From Candidatus Poribacteria bacterium (GTDB lineage: Bacteria; Poribacteria; WGA-4E; WGA-3G): a stretch of 64,000 bases of DNA. The notes under the pieces are model-generated. The model worked only from the letters and a program-made list of their open reading frames with translations. It was not told where the DNA came from and made no database searches. Within the stretch, counting starts at the first letter, position 1, and each line of letters starts with the position of its first letter. Positions 41,781 to 51,806 of this stretch are shown here, in pieces. The position numbers and the translations under genes are program-made. The stretch is taken from assembly GCA_965242965.1 (NCBI GenBank), contig OZ251518.1, forward strand, positions 4,416,001-4,480,000, read 5' to 3'.

Positions 41781-42896
41781 ATGAAATACGACATGCTGCT
41801 CAAAGGTGGCACCGTTATTGATGCCGCACAAGGTTTGAATGCGAAACTTGATGTCGCTATCGCCGATGGGACTATCGCCGCAATTGAAGCCGATATCCCG
41901 AAGGACACCGCTGCGCACACCGTTTCTGTGACAGATAAATATGTCACCCCCGGGCTCGTTGACATCCACACGCATGTCTATCACAGCGTGACGACGTGGG
42001 GGATTCGCGCCGATGCTGTCTGTCCAACCGCCGGCACGACTACGGTGGTAGATGCCGGCAGTCCGAGTTGGGTAACGTTTCCGGGGTTCAAGGAATTCAT
42101 CGCGAAGCCTTCGCAGACAGAGGTTCTCACCTACATCCATATTTCTGGCATCGGGCTTGTCTACGGGCCCGTGGGCGAAATGCACGACCTGGCTTATGCG
42201 AATCCGGGGCGCGTTGCGGAGACGTTACAAGAGCATCGCGATATTACCGTCGGGGTGAAGGTGCGGCAAGGCAAAATGCAAGTTGGAGATAACGGCGTAG
42301 AGCCGCTAAAACTCGCTATTCAGGCGGCGGAACAGGCGGGCACGCCTGTCATGTGCCACATCGGTGCTGGTGTGCCGCTTCCTGACGTTCTAGCATTGTT
42401 GCGCCCGGGCGATGTGCTGACGCACTGCTTCCAAGGCAATGGTGATAACATCGTTGATGAGAAAGGGCGCGTTATTCCTGAAGCCTGGAAGGCGCGTGAC
42501 GATGGCGTTATCTTTGATGTCGGACACGGCGGCGGGAGTTTCCGGTATGAAATCGCGCAACGCGCCATGGAGCAAGGCTTCATCTCCGATGTCATCAGCA
42601 CCGATCTCCACACCGGCAACATCAACGGTCCTGTCTACGATCTGCCGACGACGCTCTCGAAAATCATGCACCTCGGCTTGTCGCTTGCAGAGGTGATTGA
42701 GAAGGCTACCTTCAGTGCCGCCAAAGCCATCCGCCGTGAAGCGCAACTCGGCCACCTCAAAATCGGGACAGTCGCAGATGTCGCTGTCTTTGAGCTGCTT
42801 GACGGCGAATTTGCGTTTTTTGATTCACACGGGACGAAGTTTATCGGCGATAAAAAACTGAAATCTGTCTTAACTATCCGCGAGGGAAGACTTTAA
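41781..42896 (+). CDS. Amidohydrolase/deacetylase family metallohydrolase (dihydroorotase-like)
   Basis: PGLVDIHTH, GTTTVVDAGS, THC, DVGHG, ISTD. Confidence 0.85.
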   Translation: MKYDMLLKGGTVIDAAQGLNAKLDVAIADGTIAAIEADIPKDTAAHTVSVTDKYVTPGLVDIHTHVYHSVTTWGIRADAVCPTAGTTTVVDAGSPSWVTFPGFKEFIAKPSQTEVLTYIHISGIGLVYGPVGEMHDLAYANPGRVAETLQEHRDITVGVKVRQGKMQVGDNGVEPLKLAIQAAEQAGTPVMCHIGAGVPLPDVLALLRPGDVLTHCFQGNGDNIVDEKGRVIPEAWKARDDGVIFDVGHGGGSFRYEIAQRAMEQGFISDVISTDLHTGNINGPVYDLPTTLSKIMHLGLSLAEVIEKATFSAAKAIRREAQLGHLKIGTVADVAVFELLDGEFAFFDSHGTKFIGDKKLKSVLTIREGRL

Positions 42897-42898
42897 GC

Positions 42899-43315
42899 AT
42901 GGCGAGCATCACGACAAAATTAAGCGGCTGTTATCGCCGAGTCTTGATTTTTTTGCTGGCGATTGTCGCCGTGACTCTCATCGCTGGTGCTTTTGTTTAC
43001 ACTCGCGTCGGCGGGGTTGAAGGCTTGCGGCATTGGATGGCAGAACGCGCATTGAACGGTGTTGAAAAGCACGTGCTGACGAATCGTCCTGATGGGATTC
43101 CGCAAGAACGGATAGTCACACAATTTGCGAGTGTTCGCGAGGCGGTGCGCAATCGCCGGATCGATCTTGAGCAACTCTACGATGCGCTGAAATCTTACCA
43201 GACTGCGGTTGCCGATTTACAACGCACACCTGTCGGTACATCGACGAAACTTTCAACGCCAGAGGTGGAGCGATTTTTAGTTATTCTCGCGCAGGCAATT
43301 GTGCCGGAAGGCTGA
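42899..43315 (+). CDS. Hypothetical membrane-anchored protein
   Basis: Starts 2 nt after the previous stop; N-terminal TM helix. Confidence 0.65.
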   Translation: MASITTKLSGCYRRVLIFLLAIVAVTLIAGAFVYTRVGGVEGLRHWMAERALNGVEKHVLTNRPDGIPQERIVTQFASVREAVRNRRIDLEQLYDALKSYQTAVADLQRTPVGTSTKLSTPEVERFLVILAQAIVPEG

Positions 43316-43342
43316 ACAGAAGCAGGGTGCCTTCCGCTGGCA

Positions 43343-44271
43343 CCGTAGGGCGAGGGGCCTGTCCCTCGCCGTGCTATCGGGCACGCGAGCACTCATCCCT
43401 CTGTAGGGCAGGAGCCCCTGATCTTGCCCGTTCGGGATCAGGCGAGCCCGAACTACAGTCTCTTCAAGGTCCGTAGGACCTTAATGTCTATAGCACATGC
43501 AGTCCGCTAAGTCCTCAAGGTCCTTTAGGTCCTTAATGTTTTTCGGTTGCGTGTGCTGCAGATTAAGAACCTAAAGGACCTTAGTGTTTTTTTGGTCGGG
43601 GTTTCTATAGACATGCAGGACCTAAAGGACCTGAAGAGATGTTTTCACGGGTGTTATCGCGGGGGACAGGCCCCCGCACTACGGTTAAAAAAAGCGTGCC
43701 GTTTACCGTAGGGCGAGGGCCTGTCCCTCGCCGTGCCTCGGTCGGGGAAACGGCGTTGGTTGGCGTGCGTTTTTCGCGCGGGTCGGGCACTCGCGGGGGA
43801 CAGGCCCCCGCGCTACGGGCCCGGAAGGGGTTCGCCTCGCCATCGCGGGGAACAGGCACCCGCGCTACGGTGAAAAAACGTGCCGCTGACCGTAGGGCGA
43901 GGGCCTGTCCCTCGCCATGCCTCGGTCGGGAAGGAAACGGCTTTATCGGCGTGCGTTTTTCGCGCGGGTCGGACGATCGCGGGGGACAGGCCCCCGCGCT
44001 ACGGGCCCGGAAGGGTTCTCCTCGCCATGCGCCGTTCGGGAGCAGGCGCTCCCGAACTACAGTCTCCAACCCCTATAATCTTGCTAATCTTGGAAATCTT
44101 GGAAATCCTGCTCATCTCTGGAGCACGCGTGCGATCGCGGGGGACAGGCCCCCGCGCTACGGGCCCGGAAGGGTTCTCCTTGCCATGCGCCGTTCGGGAT
44201 CAGGCGAGCCCGAACTACAGTCTCCGGGTCCCCTAATCTTGATAATCGTGATAATCCTGGAAATCCTGCTC
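43343..44271. repeat. Large composite REP cluster
   Basis: Families A, B and D, the AGGTCC/GGACCT inverted element 43459-43639, and AATCTTG periodic tracts. Confidence 0.92.
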
Positions 44272-44319
44272 CAGACAGTTAGAAACGGACGGCTAGAGAC
44301 ATCCATGATAAATTGGCTA

Positions 44320-44925
44320 TTAACTCTGCTGCGTCACCATGCTAGCGAGGATGCCGAGGATTTTGTCACACTCGCGGATAGCATAATTCTGCCTATCAAT
44401 AGAGAACCGCTTGTCCGTGAGTTTCATGAATTTCCATGCGAGTCCGGTTGTGCTTACGCCGTAAACGGTGGGAATGTCATTCCCTTTTTTCGCATTAAAG
44501 CGTTGTGCGGCAAGCATTTCGGCGGCGCATTGCCCGATACCGAGCGTCATGTCATCCTTCTTCGCTTCCACCAGCGCGATAACAGGTGCCTGTAAAACAT
44601 GCTGCACAGGTGAAAGACTCACCAAGAAATCACAGACACCTACCAACCCATCATCGGCATTGATACTGAAATCAATCCCTGAAAAGACGCTGATGCGCCA
44701 GTCTAAATGCTCTTGCAGTTCAAACAGCATCCCGGCGACAATCAGTTCTGATTTCGCCTTTTCGGTGTTGATTGCCGCCGCCAACCACACTTTTCTCTCC
44801 AGGTCTGTGATAAAATGCGCCCGCGGGGCCACTGGTTCCACTGCAGCGAAGAGATCTTCGGAGTCAACGATATCTAATTCAAACGTCTCGACGACTTTGT
44901 CTAACGTGAAATTGCTATAAGCCAT
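44320..44925 (-). CDS. Conserved hypothetical protein, PD-(D/E)XK-like
   Basis: MAYSNFTL, NTEKAKSELIV, GVCDFL..VEAKK, GQCAAEMLAAQ, YGVSTTG..WKF. Confidence 0.75.
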   Translation of the reverse strand: MAYSNFTLDKVVETFELDIVDSEDLFAAVEPVAPRAHFITDLERKVWLAAAINTEKAKSELIVAGMLFELQEHLDWRISVFSGIDFSINADDGLVGVCDFLVSLSPVQHVLQAPVIALVEAKKDDMTLGIGQCAAEMLAAQRFNAKKGNDIPTVYGVSTTGLAWKFMKLTDKRFSIDRQNYAIRECDKILGILASMVTQQS

Positions 44926-44938
44926 CGAAAATTCCTCC

Positions 44939-45544
44939 TTACACTTTCTGCGTCACCATGCTAGCGAGGATGCCGAGGATTTTGTCACACTCGCGGATAG
45001 TGTAACTCGCCACATCTATGTAGAGGTGCCTCTCCATTAACTTCATGAATTTCCATGCGAGTCCGGTTGTGCTTACGCCGTAAACGGTGGGAATGTCATT
45101 GCCTTTTTTTGCATTGAAGCGTTGTGCGGCGAGCATTTCGGCGGTGCACTGCCCGATGCCCGAAAGAAAGTCATCCCGTTTTGCTTCAACGAGCGCGATG
45201 ATAGGTGCCTGTAACAGATACTGCACAGGCGATAGGCTTACCAGAAAATCGCAGACACCTATCAAGCCATCACCAGCATCAACGCTGAAGTCAATCCCAG
45301 AAAAGAGGCTGATACGCCGGTCGAACTGTTCACGGAGTTCCACCAGCACCTCGGCAACAATCAGTTCTGACCTTGCCTTTTCCGTGTTGATCGCTTCCGC
45401 TAACTGAACCTTTCGCTCCAACGCCGTGTTGAGATGGGGCCCCAGTGCCATCGGTTCTACTTCGGCGAAAAGATCTTCGGAGTCGACGATGTCTAATTCA
45501 AACGTCTCAATGACTTTGTCCAACGTGAAATTGCTGTAATCCAT
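44939..45544 (-). CDS. Conserved hypothetical protein, tandem paralogue of 44320-44925
   Basis: Same length (201 aa) and same motifs. Confidence 0.75.
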   Translation of the reverse strand: MDYSNFTLDKVIETFELDIVDSEDLFAEVEPMALGPHLNTALERKVQLAEAINTEKARSELIVAEVLVELREQFDRRISLFSGIDFSVDAGDGLIGVCDFLVSLSPVQYLLQAPIIALVEAKRDDFLSGIGQCTAEMLAAQRFNAKKGNDIPTVYGVSTTGLAWKFMKLMERHLYIDVASYTIRECDKILGILASMVTQKV

Positions 45545-45563
45545 GGGAAATTGCCTCTTTCTG

Positions 45564-46157
45564 TCAATAATTCCCCGGAAACATCAACCGTTCCACGTGT
45601 TCAATCAAGATGTGCAACACCTTAATATGAATTTCTTGAATCCGGTCTGCCGTGTCGCCAGGGGCGATGAGACAGATATCGCAGTGGTGCTTCAACACGC
45701 CGCCGTCTCTGCCGAGTAATCCAAATACCTGCATCTCACGCGATTTTGCCGCTTCCGCCGCACGGACGATGTTCGCAGAATTTCCACTGGTGGAAATCGC
45801 CACGAGCAAATCGCCGGGGTGCCCGAGGGCTTCTATCTGCCGCGCGAAAATCTCGTCAAACCCGAAGTCGTTCGCTGTGCAAGTGATATGTCCGGCATCG
45901 CTGAGCGCGATGGCCGGCAAAGGTTTCCGGTCTGCGCGGAATCTGCCGGTGCATTCTTCAGCGAAATGGATGGCATCGCATAAACTTCCGCCGTTTCCAC
46001 AGGTGAAAATCCTGCCGCGTCGTTCAAAAACGTCGCGCATCAGTTGCGCAGTCGCGGCGATGGTTGCGATGTTTTCAGGGTTTTGGATGAACCGGGTAAG
46101 CGCGTTTTGTGCTTCTAACAGCGCGCGCCGGATGCTATGTGAGATGTCCATGGGCAT
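45564..46157 (-). CDS. gmhA: Phosphoheptose isomerase
   Basis: CGNGGS..DAIHFAEE, NDFG, ISTSGNS, RIQEIH. Confidence 0.92.
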   Translation of the reverse strand: MPMDISHSIRRALLEAQNALTRFIQNPENIATIAATAQLMRDVFERRGRIFTCGNGGSLCDAIHFAEECTGRFRADRKPLPAIALSDAGHITCTANDFGFDEIFARQIEALGHPGDLLVAISTSGNSANIVRAAEAAKSREMQVFGLLGRDGGVLKHHCDICLIAPGDTADRIQEIHIKVLHILIEHVERLMFPGNY

Positions 46158-46168
46158 TCCTTATTAAA

Positions 46169-47917
46169 TCAAATCCGAAAAATCTCCCCCAACTTCCCAC
46201 CAAGCACCTTCCCAGCACCCAACAGACACGCAATCAGAATAAGCATCCCCACAACTCCCAGCGCGCTCGCGGTATACGCACCGTGGTCTGGCCGCTGCGA
46301 GAGGGACCAGATCGCTTTGGTAATCGGATAATGCTGGTCCCGCATGGCTAAGATGAGGCTGTCGCTCACCTCTAACATGGAGAATGAAAAAACTAAAATC
46401 GCACCGGCAAGGATATTGGCGATGACGAGCGGTAACGTGATTTTATATAACGTTCGCATCGGGGTCGCGCCCATGTTTTGTGATGCCTCTTCATAACTAA
46501 CGCTTGTCTGCTGGAGCCCGGCATAGATGGAACGGAGCATGTAGGGCAAACGCCGCACGGAATAACTGATAATCAGTAGGAACGTCGGGTTCTGCCTCGG
46601 GTCTAGCACGGAAACGATGCCATCGGGCAAATGACGCAGGAGAAGCGTCGTATCCGCGAAGCTGCCGAGGTAACCGAACGCAATCGCAACGCCGGGCAAT
46701 GCCAATGGCAACATCGCAACGGCATCCAGAAGGTTCTGGAACGGAATCCGTTTGCGTGTCAAAAGATATGAGACGACGATTCCCACCAGCATCGCAAGCA
46801 GTGTGCTGCAAATGCTATACTTCAGGCTGTTAAGGATGCTCGGCAGTGTATCGGAATGCGTGAACGTCTCAACGTAGTGCGCGAATGTCCACGATTGCGG
46901 CAGCACGCTCAACCGCCACTGACTTGAATCCGGCGTTAGCGACACTAAAATAACGCTGATGTGCGGCAGCAGTGCCATCAGCGTCAAGCCGCCGATGAAG
47001 AGGTAGATGATGGCGCGCATTCCCGCATTTGCATCGGTTTCACGCGAGGTGACATGCCCGCGCCCAAGCATCTCGTAGTGCTTACTGCCTGTCCAACGCT
47101 TGGAAACGTAAAAAGCGAATGCTGTTAGCACGATAATCAGCACGACGAGCGCGTATCCCATCGGATTAGCGTTTGCTTCGGTGACTTGGCGGAAAATGCG
47201 CACCGCGATAACTTCGTTATAGTCAAAGATGAGCGGTGTCCCGAGGTCAGTGAATGCCCAGATAAAAACGAGAATCGCGCCTGCGAAGTAGCCGGGCATC
47301 ATCAACGGCAAGGTTATCCGCCGAAAGACTTGGGCGCGCGATGCGCCCATATTCTCCGCCGCTTCCTCTAAACTCGGGTCTACGTTCGCAAGGGCAGCCA
47401 CGATGTTCAGATACATGATCGGATACAGGTGCAATGTGGATAATAACACAACTCCCCAAAACCCGCCGCCGAACCAGTCGATCGTCTCCGTAATGTCGAT
47501 CAGTTTCAGTTTGACGAGAAGCATGTTGACGCTGCCGAATCTACCGAAAAACTGTTGCATCCCGATTGCCCCAACAAACGGCGGCATAATCATCGGAATC
47601 AGAATGATGGAACGCAGCAGGTCGCGCCCCGGATACCGGTACCGCGTCAAAAAATAGGCGAGCGGCAGACTCACGATGCTCGTGACTAACGTTACCATCG
47701 CACCGATTTTAAAACTATTGACGACGAGCGTGCGGATACTCGGGTTTGTCACCATCAGTTTGAAATACGTCAGGTTGAAAGTATTCCCGATCCAGAACGC
47801 CTCCTTGAAAACGTAGAGGAGCGGGTAGATGAGGAACACCACAAAGAACAGCGTTGTCAGCGCGAGGATGAGGCTGATCGATGGCGTTAAGTCGTATCTT
47901 CTCCGAATTTTGTCCAT
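46169..47917 (-). CDS. ABC transporter permease, duplicated-domain Fe3+/thiamine type
   Basis: Two EAA motifs (EEAAENMGA; EEASQNMGA), many TM helices. Confidence 0.88.
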   Translation of the reverse strand: MDKIRRRYDLTPSISLILALTTLFFVVFLIYPLLYVFKEAFWIGNTFNLTYFKLMVTNPSIRTLVVNSFKIGAMVTLVTSIVSLPLAYFLTRYRYPGRDLLRSIILIPMIMPPFVGAIGMQQFFGRFGSVNMLLVKLKLIDITETIDWFGGGFWGVVLLSTLHLYPIMYLNIVAALANVDPSLEEAAENMGASRAQVFRRITLPLMMPGYFAGAILVFIWAFTDLGTPLIFDYNEVIAVRIFRQVTEANANPMGYALVVLIIVLTAFAFYVSKRWTGSKHYEMLGRGHVTSRETDANAGMRAIIYLFIGGLTLMALLPHISVILVSLTPDSSQWRLSVLPQSWTFAHYVETFTHSDTLPSILNSLKYSICSTLLAMLVGIVVSYLLTRKRIPFQNLLDAVAMLPLALPGVAIAFGYLGSFADTTLLLRHLPDGIVSVLDPRQNPTFLLIISYSVRRLPYMLRSIYAGLQQTSVSYEEASQNMGATPMRTLYKITLPLVIANILAGAILVFSFSMLEVSDSLILAMRDQHYPITKAIWSLSQRPDHGAYTASALGVVGMLILIACLLGAGKVLGGKLGEIFRI

Positions 47918-47962
47918 TCAGGCTAGACTTCCTTCTGTTTCTCAATTTATCGTTACCGGGCG

Positions 47963-48273
47963 GCATCGAGACTGGGCGGTTTCTCCTACCTCGCCGAACG
48001 ATCGCGGGGGACAGGCCCCCGCGCTACGGGGGAGAAAAGCCCTCCCTTCACCGTAGGGCGAGGGCCTGTCCCTCGCCGTGTTGTCGTAATCCGTTCATCG
48101 TTATCGGGCGGCATCGAGACCCGGAGAGTTCTCCTACCTCGCCGAACGATCGCGGGGGACAGGCCCCCGCGCTACGGTAAGGGGTAATGCCTCTTCAATC
48201 CGTAGGGCGAGGGCCTGTCCCTCGCCGTGCTATCGTAATCCGTTTACCGTAGGGCGAGGGCCTGTCCCTCGCC
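47963..48273. repeat. REP cluster with a duplicated ~150-bp module
   Basis: Family C-B-A module twice plus an extra family A unit. Confidence 0.9.
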
Positions 48274-48344
48274 GTGCCGCTGAATAAAAACGAACTTTTA
48301 TCCATTATACCTTATATTGCGCAGAATTGCACGTATTTTTTCTA

Positions 48345-48373
48345 TTGACAACTTATCGCAATTTTGCGATAAT
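48345..48373 (+). promoter_or_regulatory. Putative promoter overlapped by an operator-like palindrome
   Basis: TTGACA-17 bp-GATAAT; TTATCGCAA-TT-TTGCGATAA at 48353-48372. Confidence 0.6.
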
Positions 48374-48556
48374 AAAACTATATTTTACCCGGACGGTAGA
48401 AATACGGTATTGCATCAAGACCAGGAGGTCTCTCCTACGGGGGATGGCCGGCTACCGTAGCGCGAGGGCCTGTCCCTCGCGAATGCAGATATTGCATCGA
48501 TACTTGGCGGTCTCGCCTACATTTGTGTCTGTCCTATATCAAAACAGCATCACACT

Positions 48557-49678
48557 ATGGCAACAGTCAAACTAGAAAACGTCACAAAACGCTTCGGGGA
48601 CTTAGTCGCCCTAGACAATATCACCTTTGATGTCCAAGACAGGGAGTTCTTCGTCCTCCTCGGACAGACCGGGGCGGGGAAGACAACGACGCTCCGCTGC
48701 ATCGCCGGTCTGGATAAACCCGAAGAAGGCGAAATCTATCTCGACGATGTCACCGTCAACGATAAAACACCGGCGGCGCGCGATGTCGCCTTCGTTTTTC
48801 AATCGCACATTCTCTATCCGCACCTCACCGTTTACGATAACATGGCGTTTCCTTTGCATCCGCGGAAACTGCCTGCAGAGGAGATCGACCGGCGTGTCAA
48901 GGATATCGCGCAAATGTTACACATTGAGCATCTCCTCATGCGGATGCCGAGCCAATTGAGCGGCGGTGAAACGCAACGCGTCGGACTCGGTAGGGCAATG
49001 GTGCGAAGACCACGGGTATTCCTCATGGATGAACCTATCTCCAATCTGGATGCGAAACTCCGCACCGAAATGCGCGCCGAAATCCGATGGCGACAGCGGG
49101 AACTCGGAACGACAACCTTCTATGTTACGCATGACCAGGTTGAAGCGATGTCCATGGCAGACCGGATTGCAGTGCTGGAAGCAGGGAAAGTCCAGCAGTT
49201 GGGAACGCCTTCGGATATCTATAACCATCCGGCGAATCTGTTTGTCGCCGGTTTCATCGGCAGCCCAAGCATGAATTGCATCCCGTGTGAGCTCTCCCAC
49301 GCCAACGGCACGTTGCAGTTCACACTCGGCACGGGTGGAGGCACTCTCGCGATTCAGGATGCCGACATCGCCAAAAAGGTCAGCGAGACTGCGGAAAACC
49401 GCGACGTTATCTTCGGCGCGCACCCGGAAGATGTCCTCGTCAGTCATCAACCGATGCCGAACGCGTTTCAGGCAGAAGTTTACAGCGTTGAACCACTCGG
49501 AGCGGAGACAATCGTTGAATTGACGCTCGGCACGGATGCGGCTGGCGCGCATACGATTCTCAAATCCCGCGCCACGCCGACTTTTGACGCGCAAATCGGC
49601 GAGTTCCTCTACGTTACGTTCGGCGCAGAACGCATTCATTTTTTTGATAAAGCGACAGGGATGGCAATCGGGACATAA
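48557..49678 (+). CDS. Carbohydrate ABC transporter ATP-binding protein (MalK-like)
   Basis: GQTGAGKTT, LSGGE, MDEPISNLDAKLR, YVTHDQ, C-terminal TOBE region. Confidence 0.92.
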   Translation: MATVKLENVTKRFGDLVALDNITFDVQDREFFVLLGQTGAGKTTTLRCIAGLDKPEEGEIYLDDVTVNDKTPAARDVAFVFQSHILYPHLTVYDNMAFPLHPRKLPAEEIDRRVKDIAQMLHIEHLLMRMPSQLSGGETQRVGLGRAMVRRPRVFLMDEPISNLDAKLRTEMRAEIRWRQRELGTTTFYVTHDQVEAMSMADRIAVLEAGKVQQLGTPSDIYNHPANLFVAGFIGSPSMNCIPCELSHANGTLQFTLGTGGGTLAIQDADIAKKVSETAENRDVIFGAHPEDVLVSHQPMPNAFQAEVYSVEPLGAETIVELTLGTDAAGAHTILKSRATPTFDAQIGEFLYVTFGAERIHFFDKATGMAIGT

Positions 49679-49707
49679 CACCTACAAGCAAAGAAGCGAG
49701 GTAACTT

Positions 49708-49836
49708 ATGAATTGGCGAGTGAGACTTTTCAATGTCATGCCGAATTTCGTCAAGCGGATCGGCTGCGCGCTGCTCCGCAAACTCGGCTATGAACCCGAT
49801 GTCTGGCTAGAAAATTTCCTCAAAAAACACCGGTAG
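49708..49836 (+). CDS. Putative 42-aa small protein
   Basis: GAGGT RBS, ATG, MNWRVRLFNVMPNFVKRIGCALLRKLGYEPDVWLENFLKKHR; the stop is the TAG of a REP. Confidence 0.45.
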   Translation: MNWRVRLFNVMPNFVKRIGCALLRKLGYEPDVWLENFLKKHR

Positions 49837-49941
49837 GCGAAACCTCCCGGTCTCGACAGGTAGGAGAGACCTCCTGGTCTCGACAGGTAGGCGAAACCTC
49901 CTGGTCTCAAACCGGTAGGAGAGACCTCCTGGTCTCGATGC
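49831..49941 (+). repeat. Four tandem family C REP units
   Basis: GTAGG(C/A)GA(A/G)ACCTCC(C/T)GGTCTC four times. Confidence 0.9.
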
Positions 49942-49973
49942 ATTCCTCCCGGTCCCGAAAGGAGAAACAAAAC

Positions 49974-51599
49974 GTGAAAGGCGGAGATATTCTCATTGAA
50001 TGTTTGAAAGCGCAAGGTGTGACTGCCGTTTTTGGCATGCCCGGCACACAAAATATCCAGATTTACGATGCCTTGCTGCGACGCGGTGCCGACACGGTCG
50101 ATCACTATCTCGTCCGGCACGAATATGCGGCGACGCAAATGGCAGATGGCTTCGCGCGTTCCACCGGCGAAGTCGGGGTTGCGATTACCGTGCCAGGTCC
50201 CGGCGCAAGCAACGCTTCGACAGGGATTTTAGAGGCGTTCACGGATCGTTCCCCGGTCTTGCTCATCACCGGGCAAAGCCACACAGATCTCTACAGCAAA
50301 TCCCCAGACAAGATGTTTCACGGGTTGGATCAGATGCGGTTTTTCGAGTCATTCACAAAATACTGCGCGATTGCGCACACGGTTGCCGAAATTCCGCTCG
50401 TCGTTGAGAACGCCTTTAAGGCAATGCGCACGGGCCGCCCGGGTCCGACGGTGTTGGAATTCCCGATGGATGTCGTCATGGGTGAAGGCGATGTCCGCAT
50501 TCCATCGCGGCTTGAACGTCCAGTGGGACACTATCCGGACGATGCTTCGATGCGCGATGCCGTTGAGACTATCCGCAAGGCGAAGCGTCCACTGATTTTC
50601 GCAGGTTCCGCTGTCTTTCACGCAAATGCACGGAACGAGTTGCGCTTGCTCGCCGAGAAACTGAACGCGCCTGTCATTGTCACGCGCTGCGCAAAAGGCG
50701 TTTTACCGGAAGACCATCCGTTGGCGTTGCAAATCTGCTACGGCTATTTAGGGAAACAAGCGTTGCAACACACTGATTGCCTCATCGGCATCGGGCCGCG
50801 GTTTACGTCTATTGATACGCGGAGTTGGAGTATGCAACTGCCGCAGCCGTTTATCCAAATTGACGAGGATGCAAATGAAATCGGACGCGAATACCCGTGC
50901 GATATCGGTGTCGTCGGCGATTTGCGGCTCACGTTGCAGGCACTGATTGAAGATGTCGCCGCTGCTGAGGACAGTTGGAGTGCAGTGCTGTCTCCCCACC
51001 GCGCCGAATTCAACGCACAACCCTCTCTTCCTATTATCCATGAGTTACAGGATGTCCTCCCGCGCGATACCATCTATGCCGTTGATGTCCACGCGCTCGG
51101 CTACGCCTCCTTCGCCGAATTTCCCATCTATGACCCGAGGACGTTCCTCTATCCGAACATCGGCGTGGCATTAGGGCACGCCTTCCCGGCGGCACTCGGC
51201 GCGAAGATAGCACATCCAAACCGTCCCGTTATCTGCTTTAGCGGCGACGGCGGCTTCCTCATGGGCGCGGTTGAGATGGCAACGGCGATGAAATACGGCA
51301 TCAACGTCGTATCCATTGTGATTAACGACGGTGCCTTGTCCGCTATCAAAGGTTCGCAATTGAAAGGCTGCGAGGGACGCACGATTGATACCGACTTGCA
51401 AAATCCGGATTTCGTTCAGTTGGCGGCGGCTTTCGGCGCGTATGCGAGGAAGGTGGAAAACGTGTCAGACTTCAAGCCGACGTTACGCGACGCGCTCGCC
51501 GCTGAAAAACCGGCACTCATCGAGGTAATGATGCAGGATAAGCAGGCGGAGATTATCGGCTCGATCGGCTGGTTGCAAGGGGATGGACTTCGCAGGTAG
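49974..51599 (+). CDS. Thiamine-diphosphate-dependent enzyme (acetolactate synthase-like)
   Basis: GTG start after AAGGAG; VFGMPG, RHE, GPGASN, GDGGF..NDG. Confidence 0.9.
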   Translation: MKGGDILIECLKAQGVTAVFGMPGTQNIQIYDALLRRGADTVDHYLVRHEYAATQMADGFARSTGEVGVAITVPGPGASNASTGILEAFTDRSPVLLITGQSHTDLYSKSPDKMFHGLDQMRFFESFTKYCAIAHTVAEIPLVVENAFKAMRTGRPGPTVLEFPMDVVMGEGDVRIPSRLERPVGHYPDDASMRDAVETIRKAKRPLIFAGSAVFHANARNELRLLAEKLNAPVIVTRCAKGVLPEDHPLALQICYGYLGKQALQHTDCLIGIGPRFTSIDTRSWSMQLPQPFIQIDEDANEIGREYPCDIGVVGDLRLTLQALIEDVAAAEDSWSAVLSPHRAEFNAQPSLPIIHELQDVLPRDTIYAVDVHALGYASFAEFPIYDPRTFLYPNIGVALGHAFPAALGAKIAHPNRPVICFSGDGGFLMGAVEMATAMKYGINVVSIVINDGALSAIKGSQLKGCEGRTIDTDLQNPDFVQLAAAFGAYARKVENVSDFKPTLRDALAAEKPALIEVMMQDKQAEIIGSIGWLQGDGLRR

Positions 51600-51690
51600 G
51601 AGAGCCCTCCTGGTCTCGATTCTTCGGGTAGGAGAGGCCTCCTGGTCCGCTGCAAGTGATGTCCCCGTAGGCGAGACCTCCTGGTCTCGA
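51596..51690 (+). repeat. Family C REP units
   Basis: Three GTAGG..CCTCCTGGTC units; the first overlaps the upstream stop codon. Confidence 0.85.
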
Positions 51691-51806
51691 TTGCGCATAA
51701 AAAAAGCGCGGGTAGTGAACCGAAGTTCACCACCCTTACTCGTGTAGCGATGGCGAGGGATAGGCTCCGCCATCGCTGCTGTCATCCGGCCTGTAGGGTA
51801 TCGCGC

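Noticed and set aside
43605-44595. Long ORFs over repeat clusters (also 4770-5436, 7562-8271, 22057-22966, 54215-55073)
   Set aside because: They are translations of REP units (RGTGPRAT, VARGPVPR, GGQAPALR) with no RBS or domain signal.
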